Assembly (NCBI RefSeq): GCF_006345805.1
Contig: NC_043003.1
Span: 104,408,001-104,472,000, forward strand
Origin: Octopus sinensis
Taxonomy: Eukaryota
Direction of reading: 5' to 3'
Length of the DNA stretch: 64,000 bases
Below, one piece after another: positions 10,701-25,000 of this stretch; position 1 is the stretch's first letter; the number at the start of each line of letters is the position of its first letter. The notes below the pieces were generated by a model. That model saw nothing but the letters and a program-made list of their open reading frames with translations, was not told the DNA's origin and searched no databases. The position numbers and the translations under genes are program-made.

Positions 10701-13700
10701 TTAGCTTTAAGAATAAGAGGAATGAGTTCAGCAGTTAAAGATTAAGGGATATATATGTCTCCCTATTACAATATTCTTTAAACTATTTATTTAGATAAAC
10801 CAGTTCAAAGAAAGCTTTTATTCAAACTTTATTTCTGCTTCTAATCCATCTAATCCATTAATCATGGCTGTCCAACAATTAAGACATGTTGTTTTATATT
10901 AAAGAAAGACAGTATAGGCGCAGGAGTGGCTGTGTGGTAAGTAGCTTGCTAACCAACCACATGGTTCCAGGTTCAGTCCCACTGCGTGGCATCTTGGGCA
11001 AGTGTCTTCTGCTATAGCCCCGGGCCGACCAATGCCTTGTGAGTGGATTTGGCAGACGGAAACTGAAAGAAGCCTGTTGTATATATGCATATATGTGTGT
11101 GTGTTTGTGTGTCTGTGTTTGTCCCCCTAGCATTGCTTGACAACCGATGCTGGTGTGTTTACGTTCCCATCACTTAGCGGTTCGGCAAAAGAGACCGATA
11201 GAATAAGTACTGGGCTTACAAAGAATAAGTCTCGGGGTCGATTTGCTCGACTAAAGGTGGTGCTCCAGCATGGCCGCAGTCAAATGACTGAAACAAGTAA
11301 AAGAGTATCCATCTATCAACATCATCCAACATTTTCGTACTCAATACGAAATAAGATATCTATATTTTTATTTATTATTTACTATTGTAGAAAAGAATTA
11401 ATGATAGGATATTATAATTCATAACAGTCTTCCTTACGGAGTGAAAAGTTAGTCACGGGGCATTCAAAACATCTAGTCCTTTATACAGAAAAGGATCTTC
11501 ATAATTTGTCCTGACTTGTTTTCTCGTCTCTTTTTCTCCTTGAATAGTTGGCGTTTTGTTACTCATATTATTCTCGTTCAGGGACTCTTGTTGTGATAGC
11601 ATCCCTCCCAAAGCCAGGTTGGAAGCATCTGTATCGATGGTAAGTGGTATTCCAAGTTGTAGAACAGCAAATATGGCATCTACCAATGTTGTAATTGGTT
11701 TGAGCTTAGAGGTCTTAATGCCAGGAAGTAGTTCGTATGCGGTGCATTTTAGGCTTGACATGGACATGCGGAATCACACAGGTTTGAGCATGCCCTTGAA
11801 GTCACTTGTAACTGCTGAACGTTGACTGAGTATATCAATTCTAATGATGATTGGAGCTACAAGGTGGTCAGCCACAAGGAAATTAGCATTGTATATGCAT
11901 AATTTCCCAGTTGTAGTTTGCTACTGAATTTGCCTTTAATTTCCAGTGCTATGTTGTTGGCCAAGTTAACTTTTTCTGGGAAGGTATGATTGTATTGTAA
12001 TCCCCAGACTGCAACAAGATTTGCTTCTATAAATGTCCTGTCAGAACCTGTGTCAAGAAGGGATAGTGTATTGTTGTCCTTAATTTTAAGAGGTACCAGC
12101 CATCCTGTACCGTTTGTTACCGCTAAAATGATGGATGATAAGGTCCCATCATTGTTTTCCTCTGAGTTGCTCTCGGGCTCTGTAATAGCGACTGTTTTAG
12201 GGAAGTTTCATTTGTTTTTTGGTGGTGTTTTTGAGAGGCAGACTTTCTCCCAGTGGCCTTTCTTCTGACACCTTTTGCAAGTGAATATTCTTGCCACACA
12301 TTGATTATTTTTATGGATGTCTCCACTGCACCAAAAGCTGATTTAGTGATTGCAAGATGGGGCGGTTGATCGATACCAGCTGAGCCTTGCTATAGGTTAC
12401 AAGTGTCTTCAATGGCCACCTCCATGGTTTGAGCAAGTTTATAGAGTGTCTCTAAGCTGTTATCTGATGACTCAAGAAGTCTTTGTCTGATTGATGGTGA
12501 TTGAAGCTCAGCCACAAAGGTATCACCAATTAGAATTTCTTGGTAACAGTCTGCCGTAAGGTTTGGATTTTACACTTCTTGGCCAGCACCTGAAGGCTTC
12601 ACATAAATTCTTCTATAGATTCGTTTTCCTTTTGTTTTCGAGTTTGTAGCTTATGGTGCATCACCATATTTGAACCTTTCTTTATGAACTTTGAGTCCAG
12701 GAGTTCTATTGCCGCCTCGAAGGCTTCAGATTCTTCAATGATGGGGTGGGTCCTTGCTCTGCAGAGGACTAAGAGTGCCTTCAGTTTAGATTCATCTGGA
12801 ACTTTTGCCTTTGCTATGTAGATGTGTAGCATCCATTTCCAGTAAATATAATCTTCCTCAGTTGGGTCGTCTGGTAGAGTCCTCTTGAACACTTTGGCAT
12901 CCATTTAGAATGAAGTTTGAATAAAATTTGTCATAAACCAGTTCAAAGAAGGCTTTTATTCAAACTGCTCACTGTCTAATCCGTTAATCATGGCTGTCCA
13001 ACAATTTTGACACATTTTATATTAAGTAAAGACAATATCCATCTGTCAAAGTCATTTCATACTTAATACTGCATTTTCATACTCAATACAAAATAAGATA
13101 TATTTTTATCTAATATTTTCTATTGCAGAAAGGAATTAATGACAGAATATAATAAATCATAATAGTTTTCCTATTACAATATTCTTTATTAAATATTTAT
13201 TTAGATACTTAGATTTAAATAGAGCTGCTCTCTTTAGTTGTTACCAGGTGGCAAATAGGTGCATCCATAAAGCACAGTACAAAATGCCTTTTGTTTTAAT
13301 TTTCATATATGCTCCCATTTTGCCCTGAGATGCCACCTGGACACTTCATCACCACTATTTCTCTCTTTGCAGCTACTATTGATTCATTCTTACTCTCTCC
13401 TAAATGTGAGTAATCATGCAACTCCTCTACAATAATAACCTGCTCGGCCCCACCTCCTTCTCTCACACATTAACCCTCATCTCCTCGTAGAAAGCACCCA
13501 CACTTGGATTTCATAATATTTCAAGGTACACAGCAATTTCACTATTGCCAAGTACATACTGTAAAATGGTTGTTGCTAGGTAGATTTATATCTAAACCAT
13601 GCAATAAACTGCTGACTGTTAAGAAACTTATAGTAATTGTTAATCAATGGCTGTAACAAAAAAATTTAACGCTCTTAATACCAACTCTGAAATGGTACAT

Positions 13701-16700
13701 ATACCAGAATGATCCATGCTGTTCTAAATACCTTATAGCATCAATGCATGACTAACAAAGACCTATACCAAGCCATCCTATATATCACAGAGACAATATG
13801 AAAACACAGGCTGAGATTTATTGGTCTCTGTTGGTATAACAACAAGGAAATAAGTTCTTCAGTGGCAACCTTCTCATGGTAAAGAAGTATAGCGAGTCAG
13901 AAAAGCTATTTTTCTTATCGTGTGGTAGCACAATTGTGCTATGGCAACTCCGGCCAATCAGGGCTGGGTGCGTATTAATACTAAAAGCAGTTCTCTGCCC
14001 AAGAAGAGTTAAGTAGGTGTTTTAATCAGTTAGCAAAAAGACAGCAGACCAGCAACATCGGTTGTCAAGCATGGGAATAGCCCTTTTGTTTTTCACACAA
14101 ACTTTGCACCGCTAGCTCTGCATTATATCAGCCCTCAACTCTGGTCACATCATGAACAGCTTATTTTGTTTATGCCAGCTGCACTCCACAAAATTCTGAA
14201 TGCAATCAGCCCACAACTCTGGCCATGTCATGAGCAATATATTTTCGTTTATGCCAGCTCTGTTTCTGTTAGCTTTGTAACAGGATCTGTATCAATTCAC
14301 TGAAAGGGTGTCGATCCGATCCAGTCACATACAATTTAGTAAGACATAACAGACGAAGTCAGGTTATGGGTGAAAGACAGCAGTTTGTTTATTAATTGCG
14401 ATGGCGTACGTGTATCTGATGGGAGAACGACAGCCTCTGATGTACAGCTTCTTCTTGTTCGTTTGTTGAAGTTGTTCGATGTCGTTCGCGGCTAAGTCGG
14501 TGAGGTTATCAGAGTCCACAAAATGCACGTCTGTTCGCGTCGGCTGTCTTGCCAGAGAGAATGATTTGAGTTTAGCAGGCCTAAGGGATCGTTTCCCGCA
14601 CATGCACATGGGGAAGACTTCCGGTGGCCACCCGGAAGTAGTCCCATTCGGCGCATGCGCGCTGAACCCTACACAGTAGCATCACTACAAGGCTCCCCCT
14701 CGAGTGCGAAAGTACGACAACAAGAAAATTTGTGGTGGTGCTGCAGAAAAACAGATGGCTTGCCGATCCCCCAGAAGACTTGGTACATAATATCATACAA
14801 AACAAGAAAAATTTGAAAGAAAGTTAAATATAGATTGTCTTTGAAAGTTTCTTGGGCCAATGCACTGTTCTGCCCGATCGTGTAACATACGGTGTGCTCG
14901 GGGCACCCGTTGACGGTGAGGGTGGTGCTGTAGGAGCCGGTGAAGGCAAAGGCGTCTGTGCAGGTGAAGGTGTTTGTGCAGGTGAAGGTGTTGTTAAAGG
15001 TGCATAGGTGGGTGTGGCAAGGTTGTCATCAAAAGATGAAGACGTCTCAAAATGTGCTTTTTTTAATCGGTCCACAGAAACGGTCTCCGAACGACCATTT
15101 ATCTCGATCGTGAAAACCTTTGGTGTGCGAGAAAGCACACGGAAAGGTCCTTCATATCCGGTGGAAGATGGGATGGTGGAGATTGCTCCCTGGGAACCAT
15201 GGGTGGAAGGTTCGAAAAATATGCACGCAGTCTGGTGACATAGGTCGCCGGATCATGGGGCTGGGAAGTGTCTGGCACCAACATCGTACCAGGCAATGCC
15301 AGTGTGGTACCATACAGCAGCTCTGCAGCAGAAAACCCCAGGTCTGCCTTGACAGCAGTCCGACAGCCGAGAAGCACAATGGGCAGAAATTCAATCCAGG
15401 ACTGTGGGTCTGAAGAGGCACGAAGAGCGGCCTTGAGCTGTCTATGGAACTGCTCAACTAATCCATTAGACGCTGGATGGTAGCTTGCAGTGTGGATATG
15501 GTGCATACCTAAAATTCGCGACAATTCGCAAAATAGCGAGGCTTCAAACTGACGTCCACGATCAGTAGTCACTCGGGACGGGACTCCGAATCGAGAAATC
15601 CAGCTTGAAACGAAAGCTCGCGCAACAGTCTCAGTAGAAATGTCTGCTATTGGAATGGCTTCTGGCCAGCGGGAGAAGCGATCGACACAAGTTAACAGAT
15701 AAGAAAACCCGCGACTCACAGGCCATGGTCCAACCAGATCGATGTGGACATGGCGAAAACGGGCCTCCGTGGGGGGAAATTGTCCAAGCGGGGCACGAAC
15801 GTGCCGTTGAATTTTGGACCGTTGACACTTGGAGCAGGTGCATGTCCAAGAAGTAATAGTGCGACAGATATTCGGCCAGAAAAACTGAGCAGTGATTAGT
15901 TTAAGGGTGGCAGCGATTCCAGGATGTGATAAGGAGTGCAGTGCTTCAAACACTGAGCGTTGATGGTTCTCAGGCACGAGTGGCCTGGGAGAACCAGTGG
16001 AAGTATCACAAAGAATGGTGCCTTTGGCTGACGGAAGCGGAAGGTAGGAAAACTGGCAACAGGAGAACTTGGGAGAAGTTAAGTCTAACGACGCCAAAGG
16101 TAGCTGCTCCTGCGAGATGGCAGTTAAGTCGATAGCAGCAGGAGACAAAAGGGTGCAGACTGGAAGGCGAGAGAGAGCATCAGCAGGAACGTTCTCTTTT
16201 CCAGGTATGTGTCGAATGTTACTGGTGAATTGAGAGATAAAATCCAGGTGCTGGAAAGCACGAGGTGAGAGTTTGTCCGTTTTTGAACACAGGGCAAACG
16301 TAAGGGGCTTGTGATCTGTATAGATCACAAAATCTCGCCCTTCAAGTTGATGCTGGAAATGATGAACCGATAGATAGATCGCTAGGAGCTCACGATCAAA
16401 GGTACTGTATCGTCGTTCAGCTGGTTGCAGTTGATGGGAAAAGAAAGCCAGTGGTCGAATATGATCATCCACTGTGTGTTGTAACACAGCGCCAATCGCA
16501 GTGTCCGATGCGTCTACAGTCAAAGAGAGAGAAGTACCAGGAACTGGATGTGCAAGCAAAAAAACAGAAGCCGGCTCCTTCTTAATGGACTCAAAGGCTG
16601 TCACTGCCTCAACAGAGAGGGTGACTTGACTGTCCTTTCTAGGAGTGTCCTTTAATAGCCTGGTGAGAGGTAGTAGCTTATCTGCACAACCGGGAATAAA

Positions 16701-19700
16701 ACGTCTGTAGAAATTGATCATCCCTAGATAATGCCTGAGCTGGCGCAAGGAAGTGGGGGGTGCGATGCGTTGAATGGGATCGACTTTTGACGAGAGAGGG
16801 CTGATTCCACTCGAATCAATATGATGGCCTAGAAAATCTAGGGAAGAGCGTCCGAAAACACACTTGTCGGGATTTATATGTATACTATAAGCACGAAGAT
16901 GCTGAAAAAGCTGAGAAAGGTGCTGGAGATGATTTTCACGTGTGTCGCTCGCAATGAGTATATCATCGACATAGGCAAACACAAAATCAAGACCGCGGAC
17001 AACCTCATCAATGAAACGCTGGAAAGTGCTAGTAGCATTCCGCAAACCGAAACTCATATACAAAAACTCAAAACACCCAAAGGGGGTAGTGATCGCAGTT
17101 TTCGGAACGTCTGCTGGGTTGACCGGTATTTGATGGTACACGCATATAAGGTCGACCTTCGAAAAAATGGTACAACCATGGAGATTTGCCGTAAAGTCCT
17201 GGAGATTTCGGATCGGATATCTGTTGGCTATTGTTACGGCATTGAGGCGTCGATAGTCTCCAACCGGGCGAAAATCAGACTCGCTCTTTCGCGCCAAATG
17301 AAGGGGAGATGCCCATGGGCTGGTGGAGGGGCGTATAAGGCCAAGTTGAAGCATGTGCTCAAACTTGGCCCTAGCCATCTTTAGTCGGTCAGGCGCAAGG
17401 CGCCGTGGGCGCAAAAATACAGGCAGCCCAGTGGTGGTGATAAAATGGAGGGTCGAGTGGGTAGGCTTTTCCGGTTTAAAGGCAATGTCCACTAGCTCCG
17501 GAAATGAAACCAAAAGAGAGTGAAAAGGGTCTCCAGAGGTGGCAACAAAGAATGTCGGGCTAAGGACCGCAGTGGTGGAACTCCCAGTCGGTGTAGAGAG
17601 CGACGTCATGCTATCAAGAAGCCTCCGACGCCTGACATCCACCAATAGATTAAACCTATCCAGGAAATCAGCGCCGAGAATAGGATGCGGGATGTCAGCG
17701 ATGACGAAAACCCATTGAAAATCTCGACGAAGGTTGATGTCGAGGCGCAGCGAAATCTGACCGTAAGTGGTTATGGGAGACAAGTCAATAGCATGCAAGA
17801 CAATTGAAGAGCGCTTGGGCTTGTCTGCAGTTAGACGAAGGGGCCAGATGCTGCAACAAGAGCCGGTGTCCACCATGAAGAATTTCTTCGACACCAGATC
17901 TTTTACAAAGAATGTATGATTTTTGGGAAACGAGATGGAAGAAGGTGACGTGCTCACCTCCTCCGGATTTAGTTTTCCGAGGGCTTGAAAGTGCATGGCT
18001 GGGTACACCGATCTGCCTTTTTGGCATACTTTGAATGGTACCAGCACCAGCCGGAATGAGAAACAGAGTCACTCCAACTACGGGAAATAGAGCTACTGCG
18101 ACTACAACTGCGAGATTGGCGCCCGATCGCACGGCACAGATCATCGATTCTCTCCGTAAGCGCATCGATCTTCTCGGCTAGTTTATCGTTCGTCAGAGGT
18201 GTCGGAGGGGGCTCTGTACATGCGTACGGGCCCCGCGAGGGAGATGGTCGCGAAAACTCTAATATTTGTGAATGAGGCAAACTTGATGCAGCCATGTTTT
18301 TGTCGGAAGGATTGTCTGTCAGGAGGGGCAGAAGGTATGAAGGAGAAATGGAGAGAGAAAACGTGGAACCGACAAAGCAAATCAAAATGGTGCTTTGTGT
18401 ACTGTTGTGTGTGTGAGTGCACCTCGTGGGTAGTAAAACAAGTGTGTGTGTGCACAAAGGAAAACAAAGTACAGAAAGGAAAAAAAAATAATGTGTGTGT
18501 GTTTTCTTTTTTTTTTTTTTTTCAGTGTGCTGAGTGCGATGAATAAGCTTTTGTTTGTACCCACCTTGCCGTTCTGAAAGGAAAAGAAAAAATGAATGTT
18601 CAGTGCTCTATCTGGCAAAACCTGTTCGCTGCGTCTTCTGTTCTTTTTTTTTTCAACATGGGGTCACCAATTGTAACAGGATCTGTATCAATTCACTGAA
18701 AGGGTTTCGATCCGATCCAATCACATACAATTTAGTAAGACATAACAGACGAAGTCAGGTTATGGGTGAAAGACAGCAGTTTGTTTATTAATTGCGATGG
18801 CGTACGTGTATCTGATGGGAGAACGACAGCCTCTGATGTACAGCTTCTTCTTGTTCGTTTGTTGAAGTTGTTCGATGTCGTTCACGGCTAAGTCGGTGAG
18901 GTTATCAGAGTCCACGAAATGCACGTCTGTTCGCGTCGGCTGTCTTGCCAGAGAGAATGATTTGAGTTTAGCAGGCCTAAGGGATCGTTTCCCGCACATG
19001 CGCATGGGGAAGACTTCCGGTGGCCAGCCGGAAGTAGTCCCATTCGGCGCATGTCGCTGAACCCTACACAGTAGCATCACTACAGCTTATAACAACTTCC
19101 AACTGAATCCATTTTTCAAATGTAAGTTATAAAGTTTTCTCTGACTCATGCACGTACACTAAGCTATGCTCATATTACTTGTCAGCTCTCATTAGCCTTT
19201 GTATAAAAATGCCTTCTGATATTTTCATTACATGTGCTTCTCAAAAGCTCACTTAAAGGATCTCTCTATGAATACTTTCACTAAAGTGGTGACCCTTTAC
19301 CAACATTCTCTCTATAGAAGGAAGCAGTAGACCAGCAAAAAATACTACATCAACCAGAATCCTGATGCACTCTCCAAGCATTTAAAAATGCCATGGATGA
19401 TAGACAGAAGTGAAAAACATGTATCAAGAATGTCGAGAAATTCTCAATTCACTGATACAAACCTGCCTGAAGCTGCTCTAGATTCAATCATACAAAATTT
19501 CTGTTGAAAAGTAATCTAAATGAAAAACTTCCATCAAAATTTGATGTTAATTTGTTTCAAATTAATAAGAACAGTTATTTTACTATATTCTTCATTATTT
19601 TCGAAATTAATTGAAACTAAAGCAATGTATTTCAAGAGAAATATTGTAACGAAAGGGATAAATACAGCAGACCATGTATAACTATGTCCTGTTCCATTGC

Positions 19701-20589
19701 ATATAATAGTGATGTTATTGTTGTAGTTTTCTAATCATTCCTAAATTTTTACTGAAGATTATAAGAAAGAATTGGAATAAACTTTATCTCTTCCCACTTT
19801 ATACAAAGAATAGCTTCAAATAGTTTCTTACCTTTATACTGGTATATTCTATAGCAAGTGAGCAGCATTTAACAAGTGAAGCCATGGTTGTTAAAAAATA
19901 AATACTCATTTCTTTAAGTAAGCTTTGCTATCAACTTTCACATAGGAATTGAAAGTACAGGTGTCTGAGATTGATTACTTTTAATACAGAAATAGTGGCA
20001 CCAGAATTGTAGATATCATCATCATCATTGTTTAACGTCTGCTTTCCATGCTAGCATGGGTTGAACGGTTTGACCAGGGTCTGGGAAGCCAGGTGGCTGC
20101 ACCAGGCTCCTGTCTGATCTGGTAATGTTTCTACAGCTGGATACCCTTCCTAACGCCAACCACTCCATGAGTGCAGTGGGTGCTTTTTATGCGCCACCAG
20201 CACAGGTGCCAAGGGAGGCTAGCAATGGCCACGATCGGTTGGTGCTTTTTACGTGCCACCGGCACAGAGGCCAGTCGAGGCGGCGCTGGCAACGGCCATG
20301 TTTGGATGGTTCTTTTACATGCCACCGGCACTGGTATCACAACTGCAATTTCCATTGATTTTTGATCGATTTCGATTTCACTTGCCTCAACAGGTCTTCG
20401 CAAGTGGAGTTTTGTGTCCCAAGAAGGAAAGGTACGCATAAGTGAACTGGCTACATCCCAGGTAGGGACCACGTTCGGATGGTTCTTTTACGTGCCACCG
20501 GAACTGGTATCACAACTGCAATTTCCATTGATTTTTGATCGATTTTGTTTATGGGCAAAGTATTTACTTTTTTAATAGAACCAAACATG

Positions 20590-20642
<53 letters not shown>

Positions 20643-22038
20643 ATGCAGATGGATGCTGATAGCTCCATAAAGGAGTTCCAATTTCTCAAAGTAGATGAAG
20701 CATGTTGGAAGAGGGAGACCCAGGAAGGCATGGGATGAGGTACTGAAGAACAACCTCAGGATGCTGAACCTTTCAGATGAGATGACAAAGGACTGAGATA
20801 CCTGGCACCTTGCTGTACTCAAGAAGACCCATACTCCACAGCAGAAATGTTAAGGCTGCTCTCCCTGGTGGAGAGGATTGCCTTAGAAGAGTCCTGTGCC
20901 AGTGCCACGTAGTAAGCATTCATGCTGGTGCCATGTAAAAGCACTCAGCATACTCTGTAAAGGGGTTGGCTTTAGGAAGGGCATCCACCTTAGAAACCAT
21001 GCCAAATCAGACTGGAGCCTGGTGCAGTGCCCCCAGTTTGCCAGCTCTGGTCAAACCATCCAACCCATGCCAACTTAGACAATGGATGTTAAATGATGAT
21101 GATGATGATGATGATACGTATGCATGAGTGCATCTGTATTACAGAGAGAAAGAGTCTTACCTGTAAATTAGAATTCTTGCAGTCTATATCATATTGAGTA
21201 GTTACCAAAACTTTTAGTAATTTTTTCACAATGTCAACTTGATTGTTCATGACAGCAAGATGCAGGAGGCTGTGAAAAAGAATCAAAAAGAAACATTAAC
21301 TTGTTACAATGATGACAAGATTAATTTGAAAATGGAAAACAATATAATTAACTTTACAAGCACAACTGTAAACACTGATGTACGTGACACAGTTATTCAT
21401 AGACAGGCATACTTCAGATTATGTTGTTTTGGGTTAGTCTTCTTTTTACTGTGTCATTTTTTTAAAGAAATTAATGGATAAAATAAAGCTCAGATCTAGA
21501 TACCTAGGGCCTTGCTGTACTCAAGAAGAACCATTCTCCACAGCAGAAATATTAAGGCCACATCCCTTGGTGAAGAGACTTGGCCTGCAAATGTCCTGTG
21601 CCAACGTCACATAAAAACACTCATGTTGGTGCCACATATTAAGCACACATGCCAGTGCTATGTTAAAAGCACCCAGCACACACGGAGAAGTGGTTGGTGT
21701 TACAAAGGGTATCCAGCTGTAGAAACCAAGCCAAATCAGACAGGAACCAAGTGCAATTTCCCAGTTAAATCATCCAACCCATGCCAGCATGGAAAACAGA
21801 CGTTAAAAGATGTTGATGATGTCAATCTCAGCAAACATTTTAACGAATAATGATTTTTAAAAACATGTATAACACAACACTAAAGTGGAAAAATGTGCAA
21901 ATCATTAATTAAAAAAGCTAATTAATTATAAAAAGAATTCTTTTTAGTGTTACATTGGCAAGTGTCCTCTACCAAAGCTACAAGTCAACTAAGGATGTGT
22001 GAGTGGATTTGGTAGACAGAAACTAAAAGATGCCTGTC

Positions 22039-22093
<55 letters not shown>

Positions 22094-25000
22094 ATCACTC
22101 ACCATAACATGGTTCACCTATCGTGTCCTGCGTACATCGCATATTTTTCTGGTTAATATATGTAAATTTATATCGCAGACTCCTCAGTATATTACAGGTT
22201 TCTGTGCCCAATAGGTATTTATATTTTTTTAGATTATAATTATTTCTGTGGTAAAATAAGCATTTTCATGCCTAAAAATTAATAAATTAATAAGTAAGAA
22301 TACAGTACAGTACTGTATAACATATTAAATAAAATATATCGAAAGAAAATACGGAGTATACCATAGATGAGTAAACAAAGGATCGCACATACTGTATCAT
22401 CATCATCGTTTAACGTCCGCTTTCCATGCTGTCATAGGTTGGATGATTTTGAATGAGGGCTGGCGAAACAGATGGCTGCACCAGGCTCCAATCTTGATTT
22501 GGCAGAGTTTCTACAGCTGGATGCCCTTCCTAACGCCAACCACTCCAAGAGTGTAGTGGGTGCTTTTTACATGCCACCGGCACGGGAGCCAGTCAGGCGG
22601 TACTGGCAAGGACCTCGCTCAAATCTTTTTACACCTGCCACCAGCACAGGTGCCAGTAAGGTGATGTTGGTAACGATCACACTCGAATGGTGCCCTTTTA
22701 CGTTCCACTGGCACGGAAGCCAGTTGGCTGCTCTGGCAACGATCACGCTACTAGAATGGGCACAAGTGCTAGTGACGCTGTATGGAAAACAAAACTCAGG
22801 AGGCAAGTATGTGGTGTTGTTTTGCATTTGTGTGTAAAATTGTGAATTTATTTCAAGCCCTATGATGTCACCCAAACATTCTGCATCTTCTAAGGCTTCC
22901 AGCAGTGAACCAAAGCACTAGAGGAAGATGCTTACTATAACAGAGAAGGTGAGACTCCTCAACATGAGAAGGATGAGAAAATATAAGGGCGACAGCAAAA
23001 GTGATTTTTAACAAGACGGCAAAAAGGGTGGTAACTTTCCACAATAAGGCCATCGTAAGGATGGAGTCTGCATTAGCCCTTTGGATCAGTGACTGCAGGA
23101 AGAATAACACTGCACTGGATACCAATAGCATCCATGAGAAGGCCAGACAGCTGTATGGTAAGTTTATGGATGATGGTGACAACAACCCAGACGACCCTGT
23201 ACCAGGACCATTTACGGCATCTACCACCAAACCAACCGAACTTAATGCCAGCAAGGGATGGTTTGATAAATTTCAAAGGAGGTTCAACCTGAAGAGTGTG
23301 TCCCTGCATGGAGAAGCTACCTCTGCTGACAAACCTGTTGCTGAGGAGTACAGGAACTAGATGGTCAAGACCAGCATCGAGGAAGGGGGATATTCACATG
23401 AACAAGTTTTTAATATCGACGAGACTGGCCTCTTTTGGAAACGGATGCCATTGTGGACTTCCATTATGAAGGAGGAGGCCAGAGCCCCTGGATTTAAGGT
23501 GTACAAAGATTGCATCACAATTATAATGTGTGGAAATGTTGTGGAATTTATGATAAAGCCAGGGCTTATTTAAAAGTCCAAAAACCCTAGGGCCCTCAAA
23601 AACAAAAAATAAGAACCTGCTGTTAGTGCATTGGATGCACAACCAGAAGGCATGGATAATGAACCCACTGACATCAGATTGGTCTCACCAGTGCTTCATC
23701 CCCAAAGTCAAGGTTTATTTCACCAAAAAAGACCTGGAATTCAAAGAGCTTCTCTTAATGGACAATGCTGGAGGTCACACACTTGACCTTTCATATGAGG
23801 GTATACAAATTGAATTCTTATCACCGAACACCACATTGCTAATCTAGCACATGGAACAAGGCATTATTCGTGTTTTTAAGGTGCTCTATACGTGTACCTC
23901 TCTGCAACACCTGGTCGAGGCTATGGACTCAGATGAGAACTTCTCGCTGAAGGAGTACTGGGATGAGTACCCCATTGCAATGTGTCTCAAAAGTATTCTG
24001 AAGGCCATAAGGGAGATGAAGAATGAAACTTTGAATGCCAGCTGGAATAAATTGTGACCAGAAATGGACCACAACTGTAAAGGATTCTCTTCTGACAAAA
24101 TCCATTACTCTGCAGTAGGTAAGATAGGGAAGCTGGCAAAATTGCTAGGCAGCTTCAACAATGACTACCAAGGAGGTTAATAACCTGACTGAGGCCCACT
24201 CAGAGCCATCAATAGATGAAGATCTAACAGAGATTATGAAGAACAAGAACAAGGGAATCCAAGGGAACAAAAAGTCGGCCTATCACTAGAATGCTTCTCA
24301 ACTCTAGCAAAAACAGAAAAAGAACTTCAGAGAATGGTGGAAGATTGACACCCTCAGATGATTCATGCATTGCAGTTCAGAAATGCAATCAACAGAGCCA
24401 TGGAAGCTTATAAAAGCCTCCTTACACAGAAGAAAAGGTAGCGCCAGCAACTGCCCATCACTATGTTCTTCACCCGCAAAAAAAGAGAAGACAGAACTCC
24501 TAAGAGTGTGGGGAGAGCTTATAAAAACTTAAATATATATTTCTGAGTATCTGTGGTGTCTATTACCCCTGTGTATCTGCCGCACACGAAAGCTATCTTC
24601 TCGGTTAATTTTCTTTTGATGTTGCTGCACCTCTTGTGTCCATAGCTTACACTGGGTACACCTTATGGAGTTTCTACCTAGTATATATAAAACTGTTGAA
24701 TATAACAAAAAGGTAAAATTACTTATTGCCATTGTCATCAGGAATACTCATTGACTCCCGGTGATGAAACAATAACTCTTCAGAATTGCCAGTTTTCACA
24801 AAACTCCGTAAAGCTTGCAGGGATTTTTCAGACATGTATTCATAATCAATTTCATCATCAAAGGTTGCTGCAAACAGAATAAATGGAAAGAAATATCTGT
24901 TAAACACTGGAAGAAAATTAGATATCAATCTAGAGAAGAAGCTATCCAATCACATGTAACATTCTCTTTTCTGGTACCTATTACAAGATTTTTCCCTTCA

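Larger units (their letters stand above)
14276..19084 (-). mobile_element. Ty3/Gypsy LTR retrotransposon, CsRn1-like lineage, recent insertion
   Basis: TG...CA LTRs at 14276-14689 and 18672-19084. TSD GCTT at 14272-14275 and 19085-19088. PBS TGGTGACCCC (tRNA-Trp type) at 18660-18669; PPT GAGGGGGAG next to 14690; CHCC-type gag motif. Confidence 0.97.
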
